The notes below the pieces were generated by a model. That model worked only from the letters and a program-made list of their open reading frames with translations. It had not been told where the DNA came from and did not search any database. The position numbers and the translations under genes were made by a program. Positions 11,720-24,200 of a stretch of DNA of 64,000 nt are shown here, one piece after another (the first letter of the stretch is position 1; the number at the start of each line of letters is the position of its first letter). The DNA comes from Blepharisma stoltei ATCC 30299 (Eukaryota; Protista; Ciliophora): positions 496,001 to 560,000 of the forward strand of contig CBFDEM010000047.1 in NCBI GenBank assembly GCA_965603825.1. The letters run 5' to 3'.

Positions 11720-12139
11720 ATGTCCTCTATATGGAATCTTACCAGTGGGCTGCGCACAGGGTTTTTAAAGATTGCACCAGCAGGAAGAGAGCTCTATGGC
11801 ACTGTAGTTAAGTCTGGTGTAAACAAAAAGACAGTCACAGTTAGAGTGAATAGATTTTTTTTCGTCAAAAAGTACAATAAAACCTATTCATGGGCAAGAA
11901 GCTTCCAAGTCCACGATGAAGAAGAGTATTGCGTGCTAGGGGATAAAGTTATTATTAGATCTTGCAGGCCAATGTCGAAAACAAAGCGTTATTATGTTAG
12001 AAATATTGTTGTCATGATGCCCAGGCCATTCACAGGCCAAAAAATTCAAGGGACAATAGAAGTCAATGAAGAGCCAAAAACAGAAGAACCAGAGATAGCA
12101 GAAGAAACAAGCCAAGTAAAAGAAGAGGCAAAAGAATAA
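11720..12139 (+). CDS. MRPS17: Mitochondrial ribosomal protein uS17m
   Basis: GTVVKS..KKTVTVRV...KY.K....VHDEEEYC.LGDKVII..CRPMSKTKR; presequence-like N-terminus. Confidence 0.88.
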   Translation: MSSIWNLTSGLRTGFLKIAPAGRELYGTVVKSGVNKKTVTVRVNRFFFVKKYNKTYSWARSFQVHDEEEYCVLGDKVIIRSCRPMSKTKRYYVRNIVVMMPRPFTGQKIQGTIEVNEEPKTEEPEIAEETSQVKEEAKE

Positions 12140-12369
12140 TAAATAAGACTTTTAGGAATCATTTAGTCGTGGAATTAACTATTGATCTTAGATATAATCA
12201 ATTATTTTAAATTAGAAGAAATTGATCTGAAATTGCAAACTCGACGCACTTAATAATTATTAAAAAACTCTTTTAGCCTGAGCTAAATATGTATTTTAAA
12301 GGTATTTGCTCTTAAGGCTCTTCAATGATAAATATAATATCAGCATTCAATTTATTATCTCATTATCTA

Positions 12370-13314
12370 TTATAATCTACTTACAACTCCCTTATGATGT
12401 GAATTGCAATGCTCACAGTGATTTGGTAACTTTCTATAATCCTGCTCTTTATCGCAAAACATGCAGACCATCCTGCCAGCATAAGACCATGAATGATTTT
12501 CTTGAGCGTCATGGCACTTATTGCAGCAATAATGCTTATAGCAGCATGGAGGAACCATTCAATACGTAACATTTGAATAATTGCTACATTGATAGGGTAC
12601 TCTTGGGTTAATTTTCCCAATCCTTCCTACATTTTTTATAAAATTAAGAGCACTGTCTGTATCTATAACAAGCTGAAGTTTTAGCTCTAGCACTGGGAGT
12701 TCTGGTAGCTGAGTCAAGGCTTTAACATCTTCAATGGTATCCCCTTCACTTTGTACCATAAGTTCTTCGTACTTTTGTAATGATTTTTCATATAATACTT
12801 GAGTCAAAGTTTTGACCTGCTCATATTTCTCTATATACTCGTCAACAATTGTTGAAACTTCATTTTCTAGCTCTTGCTGTTTATTTTCTAAGCAATCTTT
12901 TAAAGAACTAAAATTTTTACTGACTGTTGATAAGACATCATCTCTCTTGCTTGAAATCTCACTGATCGCAGTTTGGATTTTTTCCAAATGATCTTGGCAT
13001 AAGTCAAAATTTTCTTTAGCTTGCTGTCTCATAGCTTCAAGCCGTTCTGAAGGCTCGAGCTTAAGATATTTAAGGGTCTGGGACATATGGGAGATATGCT
13101 CTATGAGCTCCAGAATATGATAGGAGTGAGAAATCTGAATCAAAGGTCGACGGTCCTGCTTCTTATCAAGAGGACATACTATTACATCGGTTCCTGACCT
13201 TAAATCAGCTGCACATGATTTGCAAAGGGTATGCCCACATAATAGAACAAGAGGAATATGAGTTACTCTATCAAAACGCTCAATGCAAACAGGGCATTCA
13301 AGAATAGCTTCCAT
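12370..13314 (-). CDS. RING - coiled coil - CHY zinc finger protein, 314 aa
   Basis: N-terminal RING CPVC...CGHTLCKSC...CPLD; TGA 12559-12561 joins the C-terminal CHY-type PPCCYKHYCCNKCHD...H...CMFC...Q...CEHC. Confidence 0.85.
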
Positions 13315-13456
13315 TGTATTTTAATTAATATGAAATTCAATATATTGTAATCCTTTATATTTTTCTGATCTTAGAAAAATTCTAGTATTTTTATCAAGAA
13401 TAAAATCTTTGGAAAATTTAATTATTAAATAGAAACATTTCTACGTTATTCATATG

Positions 13457-14872
13457 CTATGAAAGTAGTGACAATTTTGTCCTAATGCTCCGGATTATCA
13501 TATCATTGACGTTCTCCTCAGCTTGAATTGAGCTAACATTCAGAGGATCTAGGTATTTTATTAAATTTTCTTGTTTAAATGCTTTGAACTCAAGCTCTTT
13601 TGCATAATTGTGGGCTGACGAATTGTCCGCGGCTACCAGGTCTTTTCCGAGAAAATCGAAGCTTTTACTTACATTGTGATTGATATTTTTAGCAAGCTTT
13701 TCACGGATTTTTCTTCTTTCTTCCAAATACATAGGATTTGATGATTTATTTTTCTTTGAATTTTCTTGAGAGCTGTCGATTCCTGGGGTTTCTATCCTGG
13801 CAGACTTTTGTTTTGTTGTTTTTGCTCGATATTTCATTGAAAAATGCTGCAATGAAGGTGTTGATGACTGGATTTTTTTCTTAACAGGCATCGCGAGTCT
13901 TTCTTTTATCAGTTCCATTTCATGGCGTTTTAAATTATCAATTGAAGGCTGATGAGTTTCTTTGATGTATTTCCCATATTGATTTCTTTTCTGCAGTAGC
14001 AATTTTTTTTCCTGAAGATGCTCTAAATATTTTTGCTTTTCTTTTTTCTCATTTTCTAGATATTCATGCAGTTTATAATCATTTAAATTGTGCAGATCAT
14101 TTATAGACTCAGATTTTTTTGAGTTTGCAAAGTCATCTTCTTTCGGTGTTTGTTTTTTCAAATACTCGTTCGTTCTCTCATAGTCGGAAGGGCTATACCA
14201 ATGCTTTTTTCTTTCTTCAAGCTCCTTACTTTTGATTTCTTTATTAAGTTTGCATTTTAACTCGAATTCTTCTTCGAGTTTTTTGTACAACGGCTTCATA
14301 TGAGGAATTGGACTCATTTCATTTTTCTGTTTTTCTAATAGCTGCTTTCTTCTATCACTCTTTTCGTATAGCTCTTGGATCTTTTTATCTCGAATTTCTT
14401 CTTTAATTTTTTCTTCGTTAATTTCTTCTTGCTTTTTCTTAAGCTCTTCCTCTTCTTTCATCCTTTCTTCTAATTCTTTTCAATATTTTTCTTGCCTCTT
14501 TACTCTCTCAATTTGTTCTTCTTGCAGTTTTCTAGTGAATTCTTGGGCTTCTTTGTTTTTCTTTTCTTCATATTCTTTTGAATATTTTAATTCCGGTAAT
14601 TTAACTACCTTTTTGGGGATTCAGATCTTTTTGCTTCATTCTTGACTCAATTTGCTATTGGTTTCTGATGAGTTATGTAAATCAAGTAGTTTATCTTGAA
14701 GGCCGTTGAGGTTTTTGAGAGCTTCGTTTGTCATTGCTTGATATATTTTGGCCATAGCATTTTTGGTTGATAAACTAAGTTTATCACTCAGTGCTTTCTT
14801 TAATTCTTTCGAAGTCTCTAGTTTGGTAACTTCATGGGCAAAATAAATATCAAGCTTCTTATTACTAGACAT
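13457..14872 (-). CDS. Hypothetical K/E-rich coiled-coil protein, 471 aa
   Basis: ORFs 14636-14872 and 13457-14461 are in one frame through three TGA codons; no TAA/TAG between them. Confidence 0.78.
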
Positions 14873-15290
14873 TATATTCCAAGAAAAATTATTAATTTTA
14901 TATTTAATGTGAATGCTTAAATTAGATATAATTATTGAATGCTCTTTTGAATATGCATTTTCTGAGGTTATAACAGTAAAGCTAATCTCAATTGTATTTC
15001 CGAATATTTAAATTTGTACACTTGTTCTTTAACTACTTTAATATACTTTTAATTTAAATTGTTCGATTTAAAAGCAGCAATTCTATTTTTTTTGCATTAA
15101 AAACTAATTAAATGGATTTTTTGCTATTTTTTCTTTATATTTAAAAAAATTTAAAAAACAAATTTAACAACTCCTATAGCTAGTGGTTTATTCATTGAAA
15201 TTCAAGAAATTTTGCGTCATAATTTAAAGCAGTTGACCATTGGCTTAATAGTCATGCACCCGATAATATTGTTTTATGACCAAAAGTTAA

Positions 15291-16775
15291 ATGGAATCAT
15301 TCGCCCAAGCATTGATCCAAACTCGTTACCAAGAGCTTAGAAACTTGGTAAACAACGATTACATAAATTTTTATACTCCAGAAATTCATATCAAGACATT
15401 TTATGAAGTAGGCCCAAGAATTGATGGAAACAAGCCCCATCGATTTGCTCAGGTCAGAATGTTTACTCATAGACAGTTTCATGCCAAGCGAGCCGTAAAG
15501 TCCTACTCTCTGAGTGATGCAACTCTAACAAGAGATAGAAGCGATATAATGTTTCCAAGCAAGCAAGGCCTTCTTTTTTCTAACATCTTAAACGAGGTAT
15601 CAACACTGGCAAAGATGCATCATCCAAATATAATAAAACTATATGAAGTATTTCTAGAGCCAAAATACATTCACTTAGTGATGGAATTTTGCAAAGGAGA
15701 TACACTTTTTGAACTGTTGCGTCAAATTCGAATCGTCCCTGATAGTAAAGGAATTTCTTATACAGCACAAATTTTAGATGCTGTGAGACACATCCATAGC
15801 CTCAGAATTTGTCATAGAGGATTGTGGGTTGAAAACATTATGTTTGCAGATAGTGAAAAGACTCAAATTAAAATTATGGGGTTTGCAAGTTGCACAAAAA
15901 TGATGACTACAAATTTAACTGAAAAATGCGGAAACCTTTATTATACTGCCCCTGAAATTTTTTCAGGATCGTATAATGAAAAATGTGATGTGTGGTCTAC
16001 TGGGGTGACTGTCTACACCATGCTTGTTGGAGCGCAGCCTTTCCAAGGAGAAACTTATGGAGAAATCGTAAAAAGTATCATGAAGGCAAAAATCTTGAGA
16101 CCTTCGCAATTTAAAAACTTGCCAGGTGAAACTCGGCACTTTATAAAGGGGATGCTTAAAAAAGACAATAGAGCAAGCGCAAATGAACTTCTTGACTCAG
16201 CTGTTCTATATACTTACAATTTCTCACAAAAATCTATGATTTTACAAAAGATTTTGCGCGCAACCTTAAATCCAGAAAACGACAGAATGCTAGAGAAAAA
16301 GCGAAACCTTGCAAATAAGCTAAAATTTGCCTTGTCTAAAATTCTGGCATCGGCAAATATGCTTCCTGACGTCCCTGTCATAGAGAAACTCTGAAAAGAT
16401 CTTGACTCAAACAGAAATGGAGAGCTCAGACCTGATGAGTTTCAAGAAGGTTTAATCAGATTTTTAAAGACTCAAGAAGATGTGCAAGAAAAAGCCCAAA
16501 TGATTTTTAAAAGAATGGATATCACAAGAAATCGCAGCATAACCCACGATGTTTTCATAGGCCTAGTTCATGATATTCCAGATGTGCATTATCTTTATCA
16601 TGCATTCACCAAACTCGATTCAGATGAAGATGGTCTAATTAATGCTGAAGATATTGGTTTGTATATAGATGAAAAGCGAGTCGACAGACTCAATCGCTTG
16701 GTCGCAGAAGTGCTTAGTAAAGAAACGCTGAGTTTTGAGGATTTTTACGTCTTAATAAGGAAATATGCAATATAA
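15291..16775 (+). CDS. CDPK-like pseudokinase with EF-hands, 494 aa
   Basis: Kinase fold (HPNIIKLYE, YTAPE, CDVWSTG) but HRD to HRG and DFG to GFA; TGA 16392 then DLDSNRNGEL and DSDEDGLIN EF loops. Confidence 0.85.
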
Positions 16776-16802
16776 ATTCAAAGTTATAATTATCTTTTAA
16801 TA

Positions 16803-17147
16803 ATGGGAAATTGTTATTGTAACCAAGCTGTAAAAGATTTTGGGCTTCGTGAAGAAATACACTCAGGGACTGTTGTGCTATATATAAAAAAGGGGTGCGC
16901 TAATTCTGATAGAGCTCAAGCCTTATTAAAAGCTGTCAACATAAAGCCAAGGACTATTGAAATCGAAGACACAAAGTATCAAAACTTAAGATTTGCATTG
17001 AAAGGATTTACAGGGCAAAAAGATCCTCCGTATATTTTTATAGGAGGAAAGCACTTTGGAGGCTTATATGACTTGGAAGTTGGAATTAAGCAAAAAACTG
17101 TACAAAAGCTGATAAAAATTGCAGAAGAAAGAAGTGCTGAATATTAA
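16803..17147 (+). CDS. Glutaredoxin-like protein with N-terminal acylation motif
   Basis: VVLYIKKGCANS active-site position, TGQKDPPYIFIGGKHFGG; starts MGNCYC. Confidence 0.82.
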   Translation: MGNCYCNQAVKDFGLREEIHSGTVVLYIKKGCANSDRAQALLKAVNIKPRTIEIEDTKYQNLRFALKGFTGQKDPPYIFIGGKHFGGLYDLEVGIKQKTVQKLIKIAEERSAEY

Positions 17148-17188
17148 ATAAAACATTAATTGTTTTGTAATATTTAATTAAGTGACTT

Positions 17189-17590
17189 ATGAAATTTCTT
17201 ATTGACTTAGGGGAAACAGAGGAGAGATTTGATTGACTTCAAACAAAGGAAATAAAAGTAGAAGACCTGAATGAAGTTAGATGAGCTCTAAGAAGAGCTA
17301 TATGAGGATCATTTCTTGGAGGATTCAGCATTTATTCATCACTTTCATGGTACAGGTGAAAAGGAGGATTTAAACATTATGAGCGAGATAAGGTAGGATC
17401 AATGATAGTTTCAATAACTCTCCCAATTGTTGGGCTTACTAGCTCTGTAGTTATCTTTGCTGCTGGACTTTACTTTTTTTTCAAGACTACAGACAGGATG
17501 TACTTTAAATACAAACAATTAGAAGAGTTTCAATCAGAAGGAATTAGCAATAATCAGCCAATTACTGACACAGCAGCTATTGAATCTTAA
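17189..17590 (+). CDS. Small two-TM membrane protein, 133 aa, four TGA-Trp codons
   Basis: ATG 17189 is in frame with track ORF 17402 via TGA at 17234, 17282, 17303 and 17357; two hydrophobic segments. Confidence 0.72.
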
Positions 17591-17687
17591 GTATAAGATA
17601 TAATCATAGGCTTATAGGCTTTAGTTAGATAATTACACGCTGCAATAATATTAAGAAAACTAATATCAATTTGCAAATGTATAAAAA

Positions 17688-19289
17688 TTATTTAGCTCTA
17701 AATTTGACTGGATCGCTTTTCATTTCCCTCAATAAAAATTTTTTAAATTCATCGAAGCTCAGTGATCCATCATTATTGACATCAGCCTCTTTGAAGAACT
17801 TCTGCCATTCAGAAGGCTCAATCCCAGGAACTGCTTCAATCAATTCTTCTAAACTTAATTGTCCATCACCGCTTTTATCATATAAATTAAATGCTTTTCT
17901 TAATTTCTCAACCTGGGCTGCTTCATTTCAATTAGTCGCAGCAAGAATAAACTCAGAGTACTCAATATCCCCACTGCCATCTATATCGCAGCTCTCGAGG
18001 ATTTCTTCTACTTCTCCAATATCTTCCAGAGCTAAAACCTTGCATTTATCTATAAGCTCTGCCTTGCTAATAATTCCATCATTATTAGAATCTAGTGATT
18101 TAAATATTTCAATATACTCTTTTTCTTCAGCTATGTCTGAAAACTGAGAGACAATAAAAGTAAAAATCGATTTTTCGATAACGGTTTGAGCCTATATAAT
18201 GTATACGCGGAATTTTGAAACTTGAGTAATAGCTTCTTCGTTTCTTGAAGCTTTTTTGTTTAACTTGCTATTTTCAAGTATTCATGGATGATTTAATGCG
18301 TCAGCTGCAGTTATTCTTCGTGTACAGTCTACCTCGAGCATTTTTTTCAGCAAATCCTTTACTTTAGGAGAATATTCACGAAATAGCTCATCGCTTAAAA
18401 TCAATCCTTGTTTAATTTTTTTTGCTAATTCAGCCGAAGTTTTGCCTATAAATGGAGGTCTACCTGTTAGCATGAGATAGAGAACTACCCCTAAACTCCA
18501 AATATCGCTTGAAGTCCTGCTAAACTTGCCTTGGATCATTTCTGGAGATATGTAATGAAGCTGCATAAGTATTACAGTATCCATTTGACTTGTTAAAAGA
18601 TCACAAACTCCTGGAGGCAGCTCGAAGTCCATTATTTTTATAATAGCATCCTTAGATTTTGATTCAAAAACAAGGTTTTCTAGTCTTATATTTCGGTGAA
18701 CAATTCCTCGGCCATGATAATATTTCATGGCTCCTAGAATATCAGAAATATAAGCACTTGCATAATATTCATTTATTTGACCATCAATTATTCGATCAAA
18801 GACATTGCCTCCCATCAAACTTTCAAAAATAAAATAAATTTTATCCTGCGACTTGACTATTTCATAAACCTTTGCTATATGTGGGTGATCCTATATTATT
18901 TTTACGAGTTCTAATAATTTATTCACTTCTTTTCAGCCTTTTGCTTCCAATTTTGGATTTATTAAGGATTTCTTGATTTCTTTTATCAATCTTTGACAAT
19001 TGTTTCTTTTGTCAATAGCAAGTTTATTATCACCAAATAACCCAGTTTCTAGTTTCTTAATGATAATAAAATTTTCTGTAATTGCTTTTGGAACAGTTTT
19101 TATAAATTTCGCTCGATTTATCCCAGCAGATTTTGTTCTTATTTTTAAGGACTCAGGCTGAGAAGTTGATTTTCTTTGTAGATTACTATGGTTTTGTTTT
19201 CGATATTTTCCTTTTGTGTTCGCTTTCTTTGGAGGAGATTTTTGTTGATTAATATTAGCGGTTTCTTCTCGAAACTCACAACAGCCCAT
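17688..19289 (-). CDS. CDPK-like pseudokinase A (MGCC N-terminus, 4 EF-hands), about 518 aa, 3 introns
   Basis: HRNIRLEN and DFE replace HRD and DFG; TGA at 18933, 18282, 17928; introns 18891-18905, 18561-18575, 18192-18206; colinear with neighbouring paralog. Confidence 0.88.
18192..18206 (-). other. 15-nt intron GTATACATTATATAG
   Basis: Terminal TAG would be an in-frame stop; same position as paralog intron 19887-19901. Confidence 0.9.
18561..18575 (-). other. Cryptic stop-less 15-nt intron GTAATACTTATGCAG
   Basis: Reads VILMQ if retained; same position and phase as obligatory paralog intron 20256-20270; A at -6. Confidence 0.8.
18891..18905 (-). other. 15-nt intron GTAAAAATAATATAG
   Basis: Removal gives LEL-DHPHIAK; shared with paralog intron 20583-20597. 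Confidence 0.92.
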
Positions 19290-19403
19290 TTAGAAAAAAA
19301 TATTATAACAATAAAAATGTCAGAATTTTGTATTTGCAATTTTTTACAGCTAAAAGATTAGAATTAGATTTATAAGATAGGCTAACTATTTATTAGTGAG
19401 TAA

Positions 19404-20957
19404 TTAATTAACTTTACTCTCTTTTAAAAGGATTCTTTGAAACTCCTCAAAGCTAATTTTCCCATCATTACTAATGTCTGCTTTCTCAAAAAATTTGTCC
19501 CATTGTGAATTTTCAAATCCCGGAACAGCCACTTTTAATTCTCCTACGCTTAATTGACCGTCACCACTTTTATCAAAACTTTTGAACGCTTTTCTAAGTT
19601 TTTCGATCTGCTCTGAAGTATTCCAATTAGTTGCAGCAACGATAAACTCAGTAAATTCTATTTTCCCATCACCATCAATATCACAAGCCGAAATTATTTT
19701 TTCGATTTCAGAAGAATTTTCTATTGATAAGATCTTGCATCCTTCTATGAGTTCTTCTTTACCTATCGAGCCATCATTATTTGTATCTAATGACTTAAAT
19801 ATTTTTATATATTCTTTTTCTTCAGAAAAATTCGAAAATTGCTTTACAACGTAACTAAATATGGCTTTTTCTATCATACTTTGGACCTATATAAAATATA
19901 CATGAAATTTTGTTAGCTGAATCGCTGCTTGCTTACTTTCCCCGGGCAGGCTGTTGTGCTTATCATTATTTATTATTCATGGATGCTTAAGTGCTTCAGA
20001 AGCAGTAATTCTCCTGCTGTGTTCAATTGTAAGAATTTTTGTTAAGAAATCTTTTAAATCATTTGAATATATAGAAAAAAAAGAATCGCTTAACAATAAA
20101 CCCTTGTTGATTTTTTGAGTCAAGATAGCAGGTGTATCACTTGGAAATGGATGCTTACCTGTCATCATTACAAATAAAATAACACCCAGACTTCATATGT
20201 CACTTGCAGCATGACTATAATCACCTTTAAGCATCTCTGGAGACATATAATGAAACTATATGATATTTACGAATTCCAATCTATAAGGGCTATCAAAAAT
20301 CCTTGATGATTCCCCGAAGTCCTTTAGTTTTAGTAAGGCGTCACGTGACTTCGATTCAAAGACTATATTTTCAGGTCTGATACTTTTATGGACAATTCCT
20401 TTGCTGTGATAAAACTGCATGATTTTTAATATTTCTCCAATGTAATTGCTTGCCTGCTGCTCATTTATTCCATGATCTAAAATTCTTGTGAAGAGGCTAT
20501 CACCTTTTAAGTACTCAAGGACAAAATAAATTTTATCATTTGTTATCATAATGTCATAAACTTTTTCAATTCCTGGATGATCCTAAATGACATTTACAAG
20601 CTCTAAAATTATATTTAATTCATTCCAGTCGCTATCCTTTGCTTTAGGATTAATAATTGTTTTATTGATTTCTTTGATAATTCTTTGACAATTAAATCGT
20701 TTATCAACAGCAAGCTTACTATCACCAAATTGAGTTTCTTGGAACTTCTTAATAACAGAAAAGTTTTCTCTAACCCATGAAGGATCAATTTTTAAAACAT
20801 GAGTTTGAGCTGTTGCCTTTCTACTTAATTCATCATCTTGAGATTTATTTTTGGAGTTCTTTGTATAGTTTTTTGTAAACCTTTTCCTTTTTAATTTACC
20901 TTTCTTTGGAGAGTTATCTGCTTTGGGATCTTCTTGTCTAGAGTCACAGCATCCCAT
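19404..20957 (-). CDS. CDPK-like pseudokinase B (MGCC N-terminus, 4 EF-hands), about 502 aa, 3 introns
   Basis: HKSIRPEN replaces HRDLKPEN; TGA at 20193 (SDI-W-SLG) and 19977 (HP-W); introns 20583-20597, 20256-20270, 19887-19901. Confidence 0.88.
19887..19901 (-). other. 15-nt intron GTATATTTTATATAG
   Basis: In-frame TAG removed; position conserved with paralog. Confidence 0.9.
20256..20270 (-). other. 15-nt intron GTAAATATCATATAG
   Basis: Removal restores ...LEF-FHYMSPEM. Confidence 0.92.
20583..20597 (-). other. 15-nt intron GTAAATGTCATTTAG
   Basis: Removal restores LEL-DHPGIEK. Confidence 0.92.
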
Positions 20958-21254
20958 TTTAATTAAAAAATAAAATAAATCCTTTAACAAATAATTCTCT
21001 TTTTTTTAGAGACAAAGTTGCTCAAAATAAAGTAAACAAAATGATTTGAAATTATTTACTATAATGATTTATAATAGATCAGCAATCAAAATACGATAAA
21101 ATAATAGTGATTAGTTTATGTTGAGAAATTGCAGAAATAACGATGTTTTTTTATAAAGCAGAAGTTAAAATATAAAATAATTTTTTTTAGATTTTTAAAA
21201 GTTTCATTTCTTTGAAATGAATGTAATTAATATCTAATAATTAAAATAAATATA

Positions 21255-24200
21255 CTAGCTTCTCTTAGGATAAACTAACTGCTCATCAACAAAATAATTT
21301 TTCATCTTCTTTTGGAGATATTTTCCAACTAGTTCTTTTTCCATAGTTTTGACTGAATCCTTCGCAAAATCTTTAATTGATGCCATTATGATTCCCTCTT
21401 CACCTTCACATTTTAAAGTCACTAAAAATCTGATTCGATATTTCTTGCATGTTTGCAATATATCGTCACTATTTAAATTCCCATAGTCATAAACAGCTGA
21501 AATGTCTAATTTTCAGAGTTTTAGCACCAAATTAACCTTTTCATGATGCAAAGTCTTAAAATCTATTTTCTGTCCATGAGTTTTGCATATGACTATAACA
21601 AGTGGGCCTTTTATTCAAGGATCAGTGTTTCCTTGAATAATTATCTTGATTATTTTTTCGACAAAAATACGAGACCCGATGCCTGAAATCTTATTTTGAC
21701 TGGCTTTTGAATTAAGCGAAAATGAATCAATTAAATTATCATATCTTCCACCTGAAGCAATAGAAATTCTTTCTTTGCTTATCATTTTTCCTTTAGCAAC
21801 TGATTGAGATGTGGTTACTTTAAATATAAATCCAGAGTAACATAAGATTTCATCGTGTATTAATCCAAGATCAACTAAGAAATTAACGTTGTAGTCTTTA
21901 CAAGTTTCTTCCAAGTGTTTTAAATCAATGTCTAAAATCCTTACAAATGAATTATACTTTCAAATAGAATTTTTTTTTATTGTTTCGATAAGTGATTGCA
22001 AATTTTCTTTCAGCTTTAAATAATATCCTAATCTTTCAGCAGAGTTTGCAGAAATTCCTAAATCAATTAAATCTTTTTTAACTTTTGCCCATTTTCTTCT
22101 TGGTATGTCTCGGCATAATGACAAAACTTTCATTCTTATATTTTCTGTTATTTCGCAATGATGCAAAATAATGTCAAGTAGCCTTGTATCATTTACTGTA
22201 ATTTCTAGCATTGGTAAGCTATTTCCAAACTGCTCTAAAGCTAACAGGGTGACTTTGAGAAGTTCTGCTTTGTATAAATATTTAAAAGAACTCAGCTGTT
22301 CAGGATCGTAACAAAAATCGATGCTTGCTTCCAATGATTCCTCTGGATGTTCGCCTGCAGCAAGAGGTTTGTAGACGTTTGATATTGTAAATCTCTTAAG
22401 AACTCCTTTTATGCTGATTGTATGTAGAAATTTTGCCCATGGGCAAAGTAAATTGCTATTTAGCTGGACTAAAATCCCTGAAGATTCCAAAAACACAGCA
22501 TTTTTATTGCTTTCGATTGGAGTTTTTTTCATTGTCCCATCTTTTTGATACCAAAATATTGAAACATTTGTTGAGTATGGCATGAGCAATGGAGTATTTA
22601 TTTCTAAAGCCCCAGATTTATTTAGCACTGCTTGCAGTTTATTTATGACATTGCTTTTAATCATCGCTTCGATTTTCTTATTGAATTTTTTTCCACCTGA
22701 TAGTTCTGATATTCCTTCAGATATATTGTATGTAAAATTTTGATGCTTAAGATTTGACCTCTCGAATAAAGCATGAAGCAGCATATTATTTTCTGAGTTT
22801 TTAGGATTCAAGCTTATATTCATAAACTCACTGAAAGCTTTTGGGTCAATCTTATGGTATAGCAAGCCACTTTGGAGAAGTTCCTGTGCAGATGGTCTGT
22901 TGTCGGGAATAAGCTCAGTGAGTCATAAAATTATTTTGGGAACCTCTTTGGGGACAGTTTCTAAAAAGTCTCCAGGCAAAATTCTATTATCTCTTAATTT
23001 CATGATTTCTTCTACTCTTTGCATCATTGATCCGAAGGGCCTTCACATTTCAAAGAAAATAATTCCAAGAGAATACATGTCAGTTTTTAAATTGTATTTT
23101 CCGGAGACTTTTTGCTCAGGGGAACAATAAATTGGGGTGCCAATTCCTGTGCTTAAGCTTTCGCTTATCTGTCTTTTTAAAGAGGCTTTTTCAGGTTTTA
23201 AATTTGTCGTTGTGGCTAGTCCAAAGTCTCCCAGCTTCACTTCTCCAAACTCATTTAAAAATATATTTGATGGCTTTAAGTCTCTGTGTATAGTTCCCTT
23301 AGAGTGAATATATACTAAACCTTGCAATATTTCTCTCAGCATTTTCCAGATTTCTATTGGAGATGGAATTTTTTGATCCAGGAGGGTGCGAAGAGTATCT
23401 CCTGCGCAATATTCCATTTGTATGTAAAGTTTGCTAACTTCGGGATCAAATTCATGTAGCACTGATCCAGTCTTATCTGAGGCAATTTCTAAATCTTCGC
23501 TTAGATCATCTTCACTGCTGCTTTCTTCTTCGCTGCTACTTTCTTCTTCGCTATCATAGCTATCTTGTTCATCAGAGTCAGATCCGCTGCTTTCATCCTC
23601 TTCAAACCAAGCATTATGATATCTCACAATATTTTGGTGTTGCAATTTAGACAACAGAACAACTTCTTTCAATATATATCTAATATGGTTCTCCTTTTTT
23701 CCTTTTAATTTTATCTTTTTAATCGCATAAATACTCCCATCAATTTTATTTTTTGCTTTATAAACACTCCCTCCTCCACCTTTGCCAATTCTTATTTCTT
23801 CTTCAAAATATCTTCTATACTCAAACCCACTTATAGTACAAGACAAAGTTGGTTCAGGCAAATTTATTTCTTCTTCTTTCTTTTTCTCATTGATTTCAAG
23901 CTGCATTGAAGGCTCTTTTTTCTTTCTTTTTTGAAGTTCTCCATATATTTCTTCCATCAGCAAACCAGAATTGTCACGTTTCAATTCTTGTTCAACTGGC
24001 TCAGGAATTGATTCTTCTGGCTCAATATTGTATTTCATCAATTCTCGTTGTATGAGATCACACATATCGTAGACCATGGTTTGCGAAACCTTGGATTTTT
24101 CTTCAATTAAAGCTTGGACTTTTAATTTAATATCATGAATCACGTCTTTATGAATATTTACTGCGTTTATTAAGGAGAATATTGGAGGTACATGAGGATA

